A DNA stretch of 64,000 nt from Methanotrichaceae archaeon (lineage in GTDB: Archaea; Halobacteriota; Methanosarcinia; Methanotrichales; Methanotrichaceae), in NCBI GenBank assembly GCA_963754945.1, contig CAVWIG010000018.1, positions 1 through 64,000 of the forward strand, in the 5' to 3' direction. The position numbers and the translations under genes are program-made. Shown in pieces: positions 19,831-31,907 of this stretch (the first letter of the stretch is position 1; each line of letters starts with the position of its first letter). Under the pieces are notes generated by a model. That model made no database searches. It saw only the letters and a list, made by a program, of their open reading frames with translations, and was not told the DNA's origin.

Positions 19831-21157
19831 AGTGCTGGGCAGGGTCAGACCCACTCCGGAGGATAGAGCCGAGCTGAGGAAGACGGCAGACGAAATTCTG
19901 TCGAAGATCGAAGAGTTGGCCATATCCAGAGGTATTGCCTGCCAGCCATTGCTGGTCGGATCCGCATCCCGATCCACATGGCTTGCCGGAGACCATGACC
20001 TGGACATATTCTTGGCCGTTCCTGAAGATGCCGACCTAGCCGACGCTCTTGAGCTAGCAAGATCAGTAGCCCCTGTACACGAGGAGAAGTACGCAGAACA
20101 TGCCTACGTCCATGCCGTAATAAACGGCTTCGATGTGGATCTAGTGCCCTGCTATCACCTAAGGGACGCGTCCCATATCAAGTCAGCCGTGGACAGGACA
20201 CCCTTCCACACTAAATACGTCTCCGAAAGGGTAAAGGGACTAGAGGACGAGGTTTTGCTGCTGAAGCAGTTCATGAAGGGAGTAGAGGTGTACGGATCGG
20301 AATTAAAAGTTGGTGGCTTTTCCGGTTATCTCTCTGAGCTGCTTGTCCTGCGGTACGGCTCTTTTCCGGCCGTTCTAGAGAGCGCATCCTCCTGGCGACC
20401 CGGAGAGACTATAGATCTGGAGGCCCACGCCACAACCTCCCATCAGGACCCTCTTGTTGTAGTAGACCCCGTGGACCCAAATAGAAATGTGGCCGCCGCC
20501 CTGACCCTGGACAGGATGCTCCAGTTCACCGCCGCTGCCCGTTGTTACCTGAAAGAGCCTGATATAGCGTACTTCTTTCCCCCAGACCAGAAGCCGATTT
20601 CGGACCAAAACCTAATGAAACACATACAAAAAAGGGGAAGCGCAATCCTGCTGCTGGACTTTGAAGCTCCGCCAGTTGTGGAGGACATAATCTTTCCTCA
20701 GCTCAGAAAGGCAGAGGAGTCCATCCGAGCTATGTTCAAGAGAAACGGCTTCTCGGTGTTCCGCAGCAACGTGGACTGCCATCCTGTAGATGGTGTCAAC
20801 CGCGCCAGGATGCTGTTCGAGTTGGATGTTTGGGAGTTGCCTCGGATCATAAGACGCCAGGGTCCGCCCGTTTGGGAAACGGAGCACTTATCCAGGTTTC
20901 TGTCGTCGCACCCCCTGCTGTCATCAGGGCCTTACATCGAGGACGGAAGGGCAATTGTAGAGGTACAGAGGAAATATACCAAAGCAGCAGACTTGCTGGA
21001 AAAAGAAGTTGGCACTCTATCATTAGGAAAACACCTGACCATGCAGGTCCAGAAAGGGCACAATATATATGTGGGTCCCGGGCTGGTCCAAGTGAGGGAC
21101 CAGGGGTTCAGGACTTTTATGGCAGGATATCTAGCTGCCAGATTCAGGATGTGCTGA
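19799..21157 (+). CDS. cca: Archaeal (class I) CCA-adding enzyme
   Basis: VGSASRSTWLAGDHDLDIF, YAEHAY, SAVDRTPFH, GFSGYLSELL and DPVDPNRNVAAA. Confidence 0.95.
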   Translation: MPNSFCNILDEVLGRVRPTPEDRAELRKTADEILSKIEELAISRGIACQPLLVGSASRSTWLAGDHDLDIFLAVPEDADLADALELARSVAPVHEEKYAEHAYVHAVINGFDVDLVPCYHLRDASHIKSAVDRTPFHTKYVSERVKGLEDEVLLLKQFMKGVEVYGSELKVGGFSGYLSELLVLRYGSFPAVLESASSWRPGETIDLEAHATTSHQDPLVVVDPVDPNRNVAAALTLDRMLQFTAAARCYLKEPDIAYFFPPDQKPISDQNLMKHIQKRGSAILLLDFEAPPVVEDIIFPQLRKAEESIRAMFKRNGFSVFRSNVDCHPVDGVNRARMLFELDVWELPRIIRRQGPPVWETEHLSRFLSSHPLLSSGPYIEDGRAIVEVQRKYTKAADLLEKEVGTLSLGKHLTMQVQKGHNIYVGPGLVQVRDQGFRTFMAGYLAARFRMC

Positions 21158-21170
21158 TCATCTGAATGGC

Positions 21171-22187
21171 CTACTTGAAGCAGCTCCAGTAGGTGCTCTG
21201 CACTTCCTTCACCTCTTCTATCCTCTCGGCAATACTTGGGTCAACTCCCTTTATATCGGGCACCATTCCCTGGAAGGCCTTAATCTCGGCTACAACCGCC
21301 TCAGCCTGAGCCTCTAGATTGTAGCCACCTTCCAGGGTAGCAGCTAATCTACCCCGGCAGCAGATATCTGCTATCTCTTTAACAACTCCAGCCATAGCTC
21401 CAAAGCCGGCCGAGGTTAGTTTCATGCCGCCCAGGGGGTCTGCTCTGTGAGGATCTTGGCCGGCTGATACCAGGACAATCTCTGGCTCGAACTCCAGGGC
21501 AACAGGCTTCAGGATCTCTCTGAACACCATGAGAAATCCCTCGTCACCTGTTCCCGATGGAAGGGGGACGTTGACCTTGGTGCCCTCTGCACCTTCAGTT
21601 CCTACATCGGTCATGCGGCCTGTGCCGGGATAGTGGGGAAACTGGTGGGTGGAGAAGTACATCACCGATTTATCGGAGTAGAATATGGCATTAGTGCCGT
21701 TGCCATGATGCACATCCCAGTCAACTATGAGGATCTTCTTTAGCCCCCGGGCTTGGGCATGCCTTGCGGCAATTGCCACGTTATTGAAGATGCAGAACCC
21801 CATCCCGCGGTTGGGCATGGCATGATGGCCGGGAGGCCGCACAAGGGCAAAGGCGCACTCGAATCCGTCCAGCACCGCATCCACGGCCGCGATGGTACCG
21901 CCAGCGGCCATCAAGGCAGCATCGTAGGAAGCCCTGGAGAGGATGGTGTCAAGGTCGAGATGCCCTCCGCCCTGCTCACAGATTGACTTGACCTGATCAA
22001 TATATCTGCGTCCGTGGACGGCAGCTACCTGGTCTACTGTGGCCTGCTTTGGAGTTATGAACTCCACTTTGAGCTCTTCCGAACGGATCTTATCCAGGAT
22101 GGCGGTGAGCCTCTCCTTTCTCTCCGGATGGGAGCCGGTATCGTGCTGGAGATAGATTGGATGGTAAACTACGCCAGTGGGTTTCAT
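21171..22187 (-). CDS. Histone deacetylase family protein
   Basis: HPE, RPPGHHA, GFCIFNN, DWDVHHGNGT and LEGGY motifs. Confidence 0.93.
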   Translation of the reverse strand: MKPTGVVYHPIYLQHDTGSHPERKERLTAILDKIRSEELKVEFITPKQATVDQVAAVHGRRYIDQVKSICEQGGGHLDLDTILSRASYDAALMAAGGTIAAVDAVLDGFECAFALVRPPGHHAMPNRGMGFCIFNNVAIAARHAQARGLKKILIVDWDVHHGNGTNAIFYSDKSVMYFSTHQFPHYPGTGRMTDVGTEGAEGTKVNVPLPSGTGDEGFLMVFREILKPVALEFEPEIVLVSAGQDPHRADPLGGMKLTSAGFGAMAGVVKEIADICCRGRLAATLEGGYNLEAQAEAVVAEIKAFQGMVPDIKGVDPSIAERIEEVKEVQSTYWSCFK

Positions 22188-22815
22188 ATGGAGTTTTTGA
22201 TGGTACGCCTACGTGAAAATAGTTCCCCTTAACGGGGATTTTGCCTCATTCATAGTTTGTGAACATCATTTCACAACAGGTATTGCATTGATCATTTGAG
22301 GAGTCCTAAAAACCCGCTAAATAACGCTTTGATTTATATATGGCTTATAAAGCCGTGCCAAAAATCAGAGGTTATTAGGAGTCCTCATTTATCTTGATAT
22401 ATCCATTTTAAAAAATAATTTATGATTTTTAGGCTTATACCCAGCCAAAGCTGGTCAATAGTTGTTTGAGAGCATAGAATTAAAAGAGGCATAGGATAAG
22501 GTATATTTGTACACGTGACGTTCTTCGACGCGCTACCTTTGAACACATAGAGATAGAGTTCAAAACTGGGATCAAGGACCAAAAAAGATATAATAGGGAA
22601 ATACTCTATCACTACCCAATAATCCCTTATGGGATTAGGAGGGTGATGTAGCTATATACACGTCTGAGAGTCGCCAATACGGCTAGCGGTGCCAAGATGA
22701 GGGGTGCCATTATGCGCGGCATGGCGGTCGAGGACCTTATTCGGGGAATAGTTATAGGAATATCAGACTGTATGTTGCAAACCGTATTCCGAAAGGGAAA
22801 ATAGGAGGTTAAAAG

Positions 22816-25068
22816 ATGAAGAAATTGACCACAATTATGCTCACAGCGATGATGGTTTTCCTCGCAACCGCGGTGGTTGTAACCGCGCAAGAAGTTGACG
22901 TGAGGGGAACGGTTACAAACGTGGGCGTGAACCAGTTCACCTGGGACAACTCCAGCTTCGCTGGATTTTACTATGATATAGACAAGAACCTTGGCGCTGA
23001 AACGTTAACCTTCAGGTTAACAGCTCCCACCGCAACGGGTGCAACGCTGAGCGACCAGCCGGATGCCAACAACGTCAGAGGCGTGGTTTACGAGACCAAA
23101 GCCCAACTTAAGACCTTCAAGTTCAAGCCTTGGGGCCAGTATGACGTTATTGGGTTCCTCGCAGACAAGTACTTCGCCGCATACGATAATACGGTAACTG
23201 CGGACGTAACCAACGCAGGGGCGAAAGTAGCCTACCTCTACGACGCATCCAAGAACAGGAACCTCATGACAAACGAGCAGATCAGCAAGGTTCTAGTCGA
23301 TGACAACACCGAGCAGACCATCACCTCGGCCAACCCACTCAAGCTCCAAGAGGGCTACCAGTTGGCCATCAAGTCTGTCGATGTCAAGGGCAACAAGGCC
23401 TACCTCGAGCTGTCCAAGAACGGACAGGTTGTTGACAGCTCAGTAGTTCAGCCGTCAATCGATAACGCCAAAATGGGAGACCAGACTTACTACTACAAGA
23501 CAACTCTTGGCGAGACCACTGACATCATCCAGGTAGCTGTTCACTTCAAGAACGCCTTCGCTGGAACCGACACCAACATCGCTACAGTCGACGGAGAGTT
23601 CCAGATATCTGATACAGTGACCCCGCTCAAGTCTGAGCAGACGTATGACAAGATGTCCATCAGGAACGTTGATGCTACCGGCATGACCGTCACCATGGAC
23701 AACAAGGACAACCAGATTACCCTTAGCAAGAACAAGGATGTTGTCCTGATGCAGAACGTCCACATCAAGACCGCCGACCAGGATGGCACAGCAACTGCGC
23801 CACTAAGGTACTACATATACAAGGCAATCACTGCCCCCGGCTCGTACCAGCTGCGCGGGACAGTCTCCAATGTCATGCAGAACGAGGTTACCTGGAATAA
23901 CTCCACGTTCTCTGGATTCTACTATGATATTGACAAGAACCTCGGTGCTGAAACATTAACCTTCAGACCGACCCAAGCTACCCCAACGGGTGCTACCCTC
24001 AGCGATCAACCGGATGCCAACAACGTCAGAGGTGTGGTTTACAAGACCAACGCTCAGCTCAAGGCCTTCAAGTACAAGGCTTGGGGCCAGTACGATGTTA
24101 TTGGATTCCTCGCCAACAAGTACTTCGCTGCATACGATAATACAGTGACCAAGGACGTTGCCGCAGTCAACGAGTCTGTGGCCTACCTGTACGATGCATC
24201 CAAGAACAGGAATCTAATGACAAACGAGCAGATCAGCCAGGTTCTGGTTGATGACAACAAGGAGCAGACAATCACATCCGCCAACCCACTCGTGTTGCAA
24301 AACGGCTACCAGTTGGCAATCAAGTCCATAGATGTTGATGGCAACAAGGCTTACATAGAGCTGACCAAGAACGGACAGGTCGTCGACGACAAGGTCGTTC
24401 AGCCGTCCATCACCAACTCCATGATGAAGGACCAGACCTACTACTACAAGGCGTCTCTCGGAGACACAACTGACATCATCCAGATAGCCGTTCACTTCAA
24501 GAACGCTTTCCGCGGCGCTGACACCAACATCGCCACAGTCGACGGAGAGTTCCAGATAGCCGATACGGCAACAGCACTAAAGACTGATCTGCAGTACGAC
24601 AAGATGTCCATCAGGAACGTTGACGCTACCAATATGGTCGTCACCATGGACAACAAGGACAACCAGATTACCCTTAGCAAGAACAAGGACGTTGTCCTGA
24701 TGCAGGATGTCCACATCAAGACCGCCGACCAAGATGGCACAGACGCTGCGCCACTCAGGTACTACATATACAAGGCCGCAACCATCGCAGCCGCCAATGC
24801 AACAGCTCCAGCCGCAGCACCAGCAGCCGCCCCGGCCGCAGCTCCAGCAGCCAACGTCACCAAGAACGTCACTGCTCCAGCCACGCCCGCGCCTGAGGCT
24901 GTCAGCAAGCCAGCAAACGCAACAGCACCCGCAGCCGGAAAGCCAGCAAACGCAACGAAGCCAGCAAACGCAACAGCGCCAGCAGCCAAGACCCCCGGAT
25001 TCGAGGGCATCTTCGCTATAACTGGCCTCATGGCAGTTGCCTACCTGGTACTCGGTAGGAAGCAGTAG
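22816..25068 (+). CDS. S-layer protein with duplicated Methanosarcinales-type S-layer domain, Ala/Pro linker and PGF-CTERM anchor
   Basis: Signal peptide; two ~320-aa repeats each containing F(A/S)GFYYDIDKNLGAETLT; PANAT glycosylation-sequon repeats; TPGFEGIFAITGLMAVAYLVLGRKQ tail; GGAGG RBS. Confidence 0.92.
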   Translation: MKKLTTIMLTAMMVFLATAVVVTAQEVDVRGTVTNVGVNQFTWDNSSFAGFYYDIDKNLGAETLTFRLTAPTATGATLSDQPDANNVRGVVYETKAQLKTFKFKPWGQYDVIGFLADKYFAAYDNTVTADVTNAGAKVAYLYDASKNRNLMTNEQISKVLVDDNTEQTITSANPLKLQEGYQLAIKSVDVKGNKAYLELSKNGQVVDSSVVQPSIDNAKMGDQTYYYKTTLGETTDIIQVAVHFKNAFAGTDTNIATVDGEFQISDTVTPLKSEQTYDKMSIRNVDATGMTVTMDNKDNQITLSKNKDVVLMQNVHIKTADQDGTATAPLRYYIYKAITAPGSYQLRGTVSNVMQNEVTWNNSTFSGFYYDIDKNLGAETLTFRPTQATPTGATLSDQPDANNVRGVVYKTNAQLKAFKYKAWGQYDVIGFLANKYFAAYDNTVTKDVAAVNESVAYLYDASKNRNLMTNEQISQVLVDDNKEQTITSANPLVLQNGYQLAIKSIDVDGNKAYIELTKNGQVVDDKVVQPSITNSMMKDQTYYYKASLGDTTDIIQIAVHFKNAFRGADTNIATVDGEFQIADTATALKTDLQYDKMSIRNVDATNMVVTMDNKDNQITLSKNKDVVLMQDVHIKTADQDGTDAAPLRYYIYKAATIAAANATAPAAAPAAAPAAAPAANVTKNVTAPATPAPEAVSKPANATAPAAGKPANATKPANATAPAAKTPGFEGIFAITGLMAVAYLVLGRKQ

Positions 25069-25080
25069 ATAGATAAAACC

Positions 25081-25120
25081 CTGGAGAGACAAAAACTCTC
25101 CAGAACCCTCTTTCTTTTTT
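25081..25120 (+). terminator. Terminator of the S-layer gene
   Basis: CTGGAGAG/CTCTCCAG hairpin (25081-25103) followed by TTTCTTTTTT. Confidence 0.75.
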
Positions 25121-25338
25121 GGATCTTTTAGCAGGTTTTTAAGTTTTGATTCCAAACCACCATTAAACCGGTATCATCTTCTTTCGAGGTCCTATTGAGA
25201 GATTTTGCGTGGATGCCTTCATGGCCGAGTCAACCGAATGGTTTTCTGGATCTTCGGTCCAGGGGAACAAATCTATAATAAGCAATAATACTATCATTAA
25301 TTTTAGGGAAGTAACAATTATCCCCGTGGTGATTAACA

Positions 25339-26355
25339 ATGGCCAAAGATAGCACGCGAGAGGCACAGTTCTGGCACAAGGTGGATGGCGATGCACAGTG
25401 TGTCCTGTGTCACCAGGAGTGCAGAGTAAAGCCAGGCAAACGAGGATTATGCGGAGTGCGAGAGAACCAGGACGGAACCCTGATGACCCTGGTGTACGGC
25501 AACCTAATAGCCGCCAACGTGGATCCTATAGAGAAGAAGCCATTTTACCATTTCCTGCCAGGAAGCCTGGCCTATTCGATAGCCACCATGGGCTGCAACT
25601 TTAGGTGTCTCCACTGTCAGAATGCCGATATCTCCCAGACTCCCAAAGAGACCAGCAAAATAACAGGCCTGTATGTCCCTCCTGAGGAGGTCGTGACACA
25701 AGCCAAGGAGTACGGATGCCAATCCATCGCCTACACCTACACAGAGCCCACTATGTTCTTCGAGTACGCCTACGATGTAGCGGTGCTCGCCAAAGAGAAC
25801 GGCCTGAAGAATGTCTTCGTGAGCAACGGGTACACCGGCGAGGAGGCCGCCAAGAAGATCATGCCTATTCTAGATGCCAACAACATAGACCTGAAAGATG
25901 ATGACGAATTCTACAAAAAGGTCTGCGGAGCCAGGCTGGAACCTGTCAAGCACAACATCGAGCTGATGTGGGACGCCGGCGTCTGGGTAGAGGTCACTAC
26001 CTTGATCATTCCAGGGTACAATGATTCTGAGGAGCAGCTTCGAGGAATCGCAGAGTTCCTCGCGGGGGTAAGCAAAGATCTGCCCTGGCATGTCTCCGGC
26101 TTTTACCCCATGTACAAGCTGAGGGACGCTCCATCAACAGGCGTCGAGGCTCTTAGGAGAGGGGTAAAGATAGGACACGAAGCGGGACTAAAGTACGTCT
26201 ACGCAGGCAACATCCCCGGGGAGAATGAAGACACCAAATGCCCCGCGTGCAGTAAGACGCTAGTTGAGCGGTCTTCTTATCGAGTGATGAAGAACTCTGT
26301 TGTCGAAGGACACTGCCCCAAATGTGGCGCAGCCATCGCAGGACGCTGGTCATGA
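25339..26355 (+). CDS. amrS: AmmeMemoRadiSam-system radical SAM enzyme
   Basis: CVLCHQEC and GLCGVR N-terminus, [22 protein letters not shown] radical SAM motif, YTYTEP, C-terminal zinc ribbon. Confidence 0.9.
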   Translation: MAKDSTREAQFWHKVDGDAQCVLCHQECRVKPGKRGLCGVRENQDGTLMTLVYGNLIAANVDPIEKKPFYHFLPGSLAYSIATMGCNFRCLHCQNADISQTPKETSKITGLYVPPEEVVTQAKEYGCQSIAYTYTEPTMFFEYAYDVAVLAKENGLKNVFVSNGYTGEEAAKKIMPILDANNIDLKDDDEFYKKVCGARLEPVKHNIELMWDAGVWVEVTTLIIPGYNDSEEQLRGIAEFLAGVSKDLPWHVSGFYPMYKLRDAPSTGVEALRRGVKIGHEAGLKYVYAGNIPGENEDTKCPACSKTLVERSSYRVMKNSVVEGHCPKCGAAIAGRWS

Positions 26356-26401
26356 GGTCCTGACCATAAATTTAAGTATCTTACAGGCCGGTCGATCTAA
26401 C

Positions 26402-27604
26402 ATGCTATTTTGCAGCGTCGAAGAGGCCATTGAAGAATTGAGGAAAGGCAACTTCATAATCGTGCTGGACGACGAAGCCAGAGAGAACGAAGGCGACCTG
26501 ATTATAGCTGCGGAGAAGGCAACTCCGGAGGCCATCAACTTCATGGCCACTTATGCCCGCGGCCTCGTATGCATGCCCATGACGGCCGAGCGGCTGGCTG
26601 AGATCGATCTTTCTCTCATGACCGCTCACAATACAGAGGCCATGGGAACTGCCTTCACAGTATCGGTGGACGCAAAGCACAACACTACCACCGGCATCTC
26701 TGCCTTCGATCGGGCCACCACCATTCGAACGCTTATAGACCCGGCCACTACCAGGAACGATCTGGTCACTCCAGGCCATCTCTTTCCCCTGAGGGCCAAG
26801 GACGGTGGAGTGCTCAGAAGAGCTGGCCACACCGAGGCGTGCATAGACTTTGCGAGGTTAGCCGGGCTGTATCCCGCCGGGGCGATATGCGAGATAATGG
26901 CAGACGATGGCACAATGGCCAGGCTTCCCCAACTGGAGAAGTTCGCTGCTGAACACGGCATAAAGATGGTCACTATCGAGAGCCTGATCAGGTACAGGAT
27001 GAAGAGAGAGAAGCTGATCCAAAAGGTGGCGGAGGTCAGCATGCCCACTGAGTACGGGGACTTCAGGGCCATTGGCTATGAGTCCATAATAGACGGCCAG
27101 TGCCACGTTGCTCTGGTTGCAGGCGATCCAACGGCCGAGAACGCCCTGGTGAGAGTTCATTCAGAATGTCTTACCGGAGATGTTTTTCGGTCCAAGCGCT
27201 GCGACTGCGGAGAGCAGCTTGGTCGGGCCATGCAGCTAATCAGCGAGAACGGGAATGGCGTTCTGCTGTACATGCACCAGGAGGGCAGGGGTATTGGCCT
27301 CGCCAACAAGCTCCGGGCCTACATGCTCCAAGACCAGGGCAGCGATACAGTGGAGGCCAACCGAAAGCTGGGTTACCCGGCTGACCTCCGGGACTACGGA
27401 GTGGGAGCCCAGATCCTTGTGGATTTAGGCGTGAAGGAGATGAGGTTGCTCACCAACAACCCACGAAAGATAATCGGCCTAGAGGGGTATGGCTTGAAAA
27501 TAAAGGAGAGGGTGCCCCTGGAGATCGCTCCCAATAACGTGAACAGGCGTTATCTGGAAACCAAGAGGGATAAGTTGCACCATCTCCTCCTCCAGCAAGA
27601 GTGA
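26402..27604 (+). CDS. ribBA: Bifunctional 3,4-dihydroxy-2-butanone-4-phosphate synthase / GTP cyclohydrolase II
   Basis: [10 protein letters not shown] and RRAGHTEA (RibB); [28 protein letters not shown] and LTNNPRK (RibA). Confidence 0.95.
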   Translation: MLFCSVEEAIEELRKGNFIIVLDDEARENEGDLIIAAEKATPEAINFMATYARGLVCMPMTAERLAEIDLSLMTAHNTEAMGTAFTVSVDAKHNTTTGISAFDRATTIRTLIDPATTRNDLVTPGHLFPLRAKDGGVLRRAGHTEACIDFARLAGLYPAGAICEIMADDGTMARLPQLEKFAAEHGIKMVTIESLIRYRMKREKLIQKVAEVSMPTEYGDFRAIGYESIIDGQCHVALVAGDPTAENALVRVHSECLTGDVFRSKRCDCGEQLGRAMQLISENGNGVLLYMHQEGRGIGLANKLRAYMLQDQGSDTVEANRKLGYPADLRDYGVGAQILVDLGVKEMRLLTNNPRKIIGLEGYGLKIKERVPLEIAPNNVNRRYLETKRDKLHHLLLQQE

Positions 27605-28099
27605 TCAATCTATTGTTATGCGTTTCCTGGAGGTGACCAGCTCTTTAGGAAGGGTAACCTCCAGCACACCATCGACCAGCCTAGCCTTGGCCTCTTCGCT
27701 TTTTACTGCCACGGGCACCTTGACGGTGCGCTCGAACCTGGCACAGCTGCGTTCGCGCTTGTGGTAACCCTTCTCCTCAGTCTCTGTCTCTGCCTGGCGC
27801 TTTGCACTGACCCGCAGCTCGTCGTCGGTGACTGATATTTCCACATCTTTTTTGTCCACTCCAGGAAGGTCCATGCTGACTACAATGGAGTCGTCCGTCT
27901 CCTTTACATCGGCCAGGGGAACCATGACATCACTTTCGCCTATATCAGACTCGGCCATGATCTCGCTCATGCGCTGTTGGATCTTCTGCATCTCGTCCAT
28001 GTACTTGGACTCAAGGTCTGTAAGACCAAGGTCTTGCATGAGCCTGCTCATTCGCTTCTGAAGGCGCCTAATCTCATCCGATGATATCAAATTGGTCAA
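27605..28099 (-). CDS. Hsp20 / alpha-crystallin small heat shock protein
   Basis: ADVKETDD, DLPGVDKKDV, A.LVDGVLEVTLPK and C-terminal ITID (IxI) motif. Confidence 0.93.
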   Translation of the reverse strand: MTNLISSDEIRRLQKRMSRLMQDLGLTDLESKYMDEMQKIQQRMSEIMAESDIGESDVMVPLADVKETDDSIVVSMDLPGVDKKDVEISVTDDELRVSAKRQAETETEEKGYHKRERSCARFERTVKVPVAVKSEEAKARLVDGVLEVTLPKELVTSRKRITID

Positions 28100-28145
28100 T
28101 ACAGTTCACCCCTAATAGATAAGCACGGACAAGTTATATTTCTTT

Positions 28146-28631
28146 CTATAGATATCCGGCCTGAATCTTGACAACCTCCGATGAGTCCTTGGCAGAAGCG
28201 TACTCAGCCAGAGGCTCCCGGTTCAGCTCCAAGAAGACGTGGCCCCATGAGAACTTGGACAGTATCATCTCGGCCTGCTGCGACATACCCAGGATCACCA
28301 GAGCTGCTGCTAAGGCTTCAACTGTGGAAAGCTTGAAGGGTTTGCCAAAATTTACCGGATTAGCGGCCACCAGGAAAGGCAATGCTCTTTCGTTGAGAGA
28401 CAACCGCTGAAAAACCTCTTCGGCATGGGCCCAGCTGCAGTCCAGGGCAGCTAGCCTTGGCGCGCTCTTGTCTTCAGGAGAGAGGGCCTTTTCAGAGAAA
28501 GGGCTTAAGACAAGACAAGGCCGAAGATCGTTCATCTTTTTGGTCAGCCTAGCTAGGCTAAAGCGAGCAAGCTTCCTTCCAGTGCACTTCTTGGGATCGC
28601 ACTGGTCGGCGTGATAGATCACCAGTTCCAT
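28146..28631 (-). CDS. tsr3: rRNA aminocarboxypropyltransferase Tsr3 (DUF367)
   Basis: [34 protein letters not shown] and [11 protein letters not shown] motifs. Confidence 0.93.
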   Translation of the reverse strand: MELVIYHADQCDPKKCTGRKLARFSLARLTKKMNDLRPCLVLSPFSEKALSPEDKSAPRLAALDCSWAHAEEVFQRLSLNERALPFLVAANPVNFGKPFKLSTVEALAAALVILGMSQQAEMILSKFSWGHVFLELNREPLAEYASAKDSSEVVKIQAGYL

Positions 28632-28708
28632 TGATGACAACATACACCGATAATACTATTAACATTGTGTTCATCTCCCCTTTAATCCAACAAAGCAGGA
28701 GCAGTCTG

Positions 28709-31306
28709 ATGAGCGAGGTCTCCAAAGAGTACAATTTCAATTCTGTAGAGGAGAAGTGGGTGGATGCTTGGGACAAGTCGGTCTACTACTTCGACTGGGA
28801 CTCGAAAAAACCACAGTACATCATAGACACCCCGCCACCCTATCCCACAGGGGACTTCCACATCGGAAACGCCCTTAACTGGTGCTACATGGACTTCGTG
28901 GCCCGGTACAAGCGCATGCAGGGATTCAACGTCATGTTCCCCCAGGGCTGGGACTGCCATGGTCTTCCAACAGAGGTAAAGGTTGAAGAGAAGTACCACA
29001 TCACCAAGAACGCCGTTCCTAGGGAAGAGTTCAGAAGGCTCTGCGAGCAGATGACTGTCGAGGCCATCGCCCGATTCAGAAAGACCATAAACCGGCTAGG
29101 GATATCCACTGACTGGTCCAACGAGTACATCACCATGTCCCCGGAGTACTACGTCAAGACTCAACGCTCCTTCGTACAGATGTACAGAAAGGGGTTGATC
29201 TACCGGGAGGATCACCCGGTCAACTGGTGTCCTCGCTGTGGAACCGCCATCGCCTTCGCCGAGGTGGAGTACGACCAGAGGACGACAACCCTGAACTTCT
29301 TGCGTTTTCCAGCGGATGGCGACTACCTGGAGATAGCCACATCCAGGCCTGAGCTACTACCGGCCTGCGTGGCAGTAGCCGTCAATCCTGAGGACCAACG
29401 GTATGTGAAGCATATAGGAAAAGAGGTAACAGTTCCGCTTTTTGATTACAAGGTACCGGTAATCTCCGACTCTGCAGTCGATACCAAGTTCGGCACTGGC
29501 GCGGTCATGATCTGCACCTTCGGCGACAAGCAGGACGTGAGGTGGTGGATGATGCACCACCTTCCCTTGCGCCAGACCATAGACCGCAACGGGTTGATGA
29601 CCGAGATCGCCGGAGCCTACAAAGGCCTCTCAATTAAAGAGTCCAAGGAGGCAGTAACTCGAGACATGCTCGGCCGAGAGATAATCTTCAAGCAAGAGCC
29701 GCTTGAGCAGAACGTGGGACTGTGCTGGAGGTGCAAGACCCCAATTGAGATCCTCTCCGAGAGACAGTGGTTCGTGAAGATCAACCCGGAAGAGATAAAG
29801 AAGACCTCGGAGGAGATCGAGTGGATACCACCCCACATGGAGACCCGCCTCAAGAACTGGTCCGACTCTGTGGAGTGGGACTGGTGCATCTCCAGGCAAA
29901 GGATCTTTGCGACCCCCATCCCCGTCTGGTACTGCAACAGTTGTGGCAAGGTTCTGGTGGCCGAAGAGGATTGGCTTCCTCTCGATCCAACCAGGACAAA
30001 GCCGCCGGTCAAGTGCGAGTGCGGCAGCGATGATCTCCGGCCCGAGGAGGACGTCCTGGACACCTGGATGGACAGCTCCATCTCAGCACTGGCCGTAAGC
30101 GGCTGGCTGACGCGACCGGACCCGAGGATGCCCACCCAACTCCGTTCACAGGGACACGACATCATCAGAACCTGGGCTTTCTACACAATCCTGAGGACCA
30201 AGGCGTTGATGGACGTTCGGCCATGGGACACTATCCTTGTCAACGGCATGGCCCTCGGCGAGGACGGACACAAGATGTCGAAGTCCCTTAACAACTTCAT
30301 CCGGCCTGAGGAGGTCTTCGAGGTCAATGGTGCCGACTCCCTGAGGCAATGGGCTGCCTCGGGCGGCACTCCAGGAAACGACATCATGTTCCAGTGGAAG
30401 GAGATCACGGCTGCCAGCAGGTTCCAGCAGAAGCTTTGGTCTATCTACAGGTTCTCCTCGCCCCTCATGGCCAAGACGAATGCACAGCCCGGCCAGGTGG
30501 ACAGGTGGCTTCTTGGAGAACTCGACAACCTGATAAGAGCGGCCACTGAGGCCATGGATAAGTACCAGTTCGACGAGGCTTTCAAGGCCATCCGAGTATT
30601 CACATGGGAGGTACTGGCTGACAACTACATCGAGCTCGTCAAGGCCAGGCTCTACGGTCCGGATGGACCGGAGAAGAAGGCTGCTCAGAACACTCTTTTT
30701 ACGGCCATAGAAATCCTGGCCCGGCTGATGGCCCCCTTCGTCCCCTTCATCTCGGAGGAGATCTATCAAAACCTGACAGGCAATAGCGTTCATGTCCAGA
30801 GCTGGCCAAAGGCTTCTGGACTGAAGGCCGACGAGGCTGGCCACAAAGACGAGATTGCTGGCCTGCGAATCAAGGAAATCGCCGCCTCCATCCGCAGGTA
30901 CAAATCGGAGAAAGGAATGGCACTCAACTCCCAGCTACCGGGTATTATCGTTTACTCGGATATTGAGCTGGAGACGACTGACCTCCAGGGCGTCGCGAAC
31001 TCTCCTGTGGAGTCCAGGATGGGAGGGCCTGAGATCGAAATGAGACCCGTCGGCGTAAAGCCTCTCATGAGGGTCTTGGGTCCGATATTCAAGGACAAGA
31101 GCGGCCAGATCATCAAAGCCCTAACAAGCATGGATCCGGACAAGGTGGCCGAGCTGAAGGCATCCGGAGCCGTCAAGGTAGATCTGGTCGGCGAGACTGT
31201 GGACGTTCCGCCGGAATCCGTTGATGTAATCACTGAGACCTTTGTAGCAGGCCAGGCCGTGGACCTGCTTAAGGTAGGCGAAGCCACGGTGCTGGTAAAG
31301 AGATGA
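28709..31306 (+). CDS. valS: Valine--tRNA ligase
   Basis: [15 protein letters not shown] (HIGH), [16 protein letters not shown] and KMSKS motifs. Confidence 0.96.
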   Translation: MSEVSKEYNFNSVEEKWVDAWDKSVYYFDWDSKKPQYIIDTPPPYPTGDFHIGNALNWCYMDFVARYKRMQGFNVMFPQGWDCHGLPTEVKVEEKYHITKNAVPREEFRRLCEQMTVEAIARFRKTINRLGISTDWSNEYITMSPEYYVKTQRSFVQMYRKGLIYREDHPVNWCPRCGTAIAFAEVEYDQRTTTLNFLRFPADGDYLEIATSRPELLPACVAVAVNPEDQRYVKHIGKEVTVPLFDYKVPVISDSAVDTKFGTGAVMICTFGDKQDVRWWMMHHLPLRQTIDRNGLMTEIAGAYKGLSIKESKEAVTRDMLGREIIFKQEPLEQNVGLCWRCKTPIEILSERQWFVKINPEEIKKTSEEIEWIPPHMETRLKNWSDSVEWDWCISRQRIFATPIPVWYCNSCGKVLVAEEDWLPLDPTRTKPPVKCECGSDDLRPEEDVLDTWMDSSISALAVSGWLTRPDPRMPTQLRSQGHDIIRTWAFYTILRTKALMDVRPWDTILVNGMALGEDGHKMSKSLNNFIRPEEVFEVNGADSLRQWAASGGTPGNDIMFQWKEITAASRFQQKLWSIYRFSSPLMAKTNAQPGQVDRWLLGELDNLIRAATEAMDKYQFDEAFKAIRVFTWEVLADNYIELVKARLYGPDGPEKKAAQNTLFTAIEILARLMAPFVPFISEEIYQNLTGNSVHVQSWPKASGLKADEAGHKDEIAGLRIKEIAASIRRYKSEKGMALNSQLPGIIVYSDIELETTDLQGVANSPVESRMGGPEIEMRPVGVKPLMRVLGPIFKDKSGQIIKALTSMDPDKVAELKASGAVKVDLVGETVDVPPESVDVITETFVAGQAVDLLKVGEATVLVKR

Positions 31307-31839
31307 TAGAGGTCGAGGTCAAAGCACGGAGTGGCCCGGAAGTCGCGGACAAGATCCTGGCAATGGGAGCGGTGCTCAAGGGAACTGAACACCACCACGA
31401 CATCTACTTCAACTCCCCAACCCGGGATTTCCGCAGAACAGACGAGGCCTTGAGGATAAGGATCAAAGAAGAGGGAGCACGTCTCACCTACAAAGGGCCG
31501 AAGCTCGATTCCCGAACTAAGTCACGGCTGGAGCTGACAATGGAGTTGGACAATCCAACGGCTATGGAGAAGATCCTTGCCGAACTGGGCTTTCGGCCAT
31601 CCGGCGAGGTCAGGAAGCGACGCACCAAATACACTCTGGGCGAGGTCACCTTCGCCCTGGACGATGTGGATGGATTGGGCTCATTCCTGGAGATAGAGGC
31701 CCTCGCCGAGGACGACTGGGCCGATAAACAGGAAAGGGTCCTGGCGATCCTGCAAAGTCTTGGTCAAGGGGAGTCTATCAGAAAGTCGTACTTGGAGCTG
31801 CTAGAAGAGCAGCATCAAAAAGCCGCTTCGAAAAGTTAG
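31303..31839 (+). CDS. cyaB: CYTH-domain protein (class IV adenylate cyclase family)
   Basis: EVEVK N-terminal motif, [17 protein letters not shown] and SYLELL. Confidence 0.88.
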   Translation: MIEVEVKARSGPEVADKILAMGAVLKGTEHHHDIYFNSPTRDFRRTDEALRIRIKEEGARLTYKGPKLDSRTKSRLELTMELDNPTAMEKILAELGFRPSGEVRKRRTKYTLGEVTFALDDVDGLGSFLEIEALAEDDWADKQERVLAILQSLGQGESIRKSYLELLEEQHQKAASKS

Positions 31840-31907
31840 CTCCCTCTCGAAGTTGCTCCAGAACGCTAGGCACAAGATTATTAAGAGGCTGGGCAGAGGT
31901 TATTGTA

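Noticed and set aside
19273-21157. thpR-cca overlap as a novel RNA repair system
   Set aside because: This gene pairing is already well known in archaea.
22890-24780. Long internal duplication as an assembly artefact or mobile repeat
   Set aside because: The two halves are diverged and match the known duplicated-domain architecture of Methanosarcinales-type S-layer proteins.
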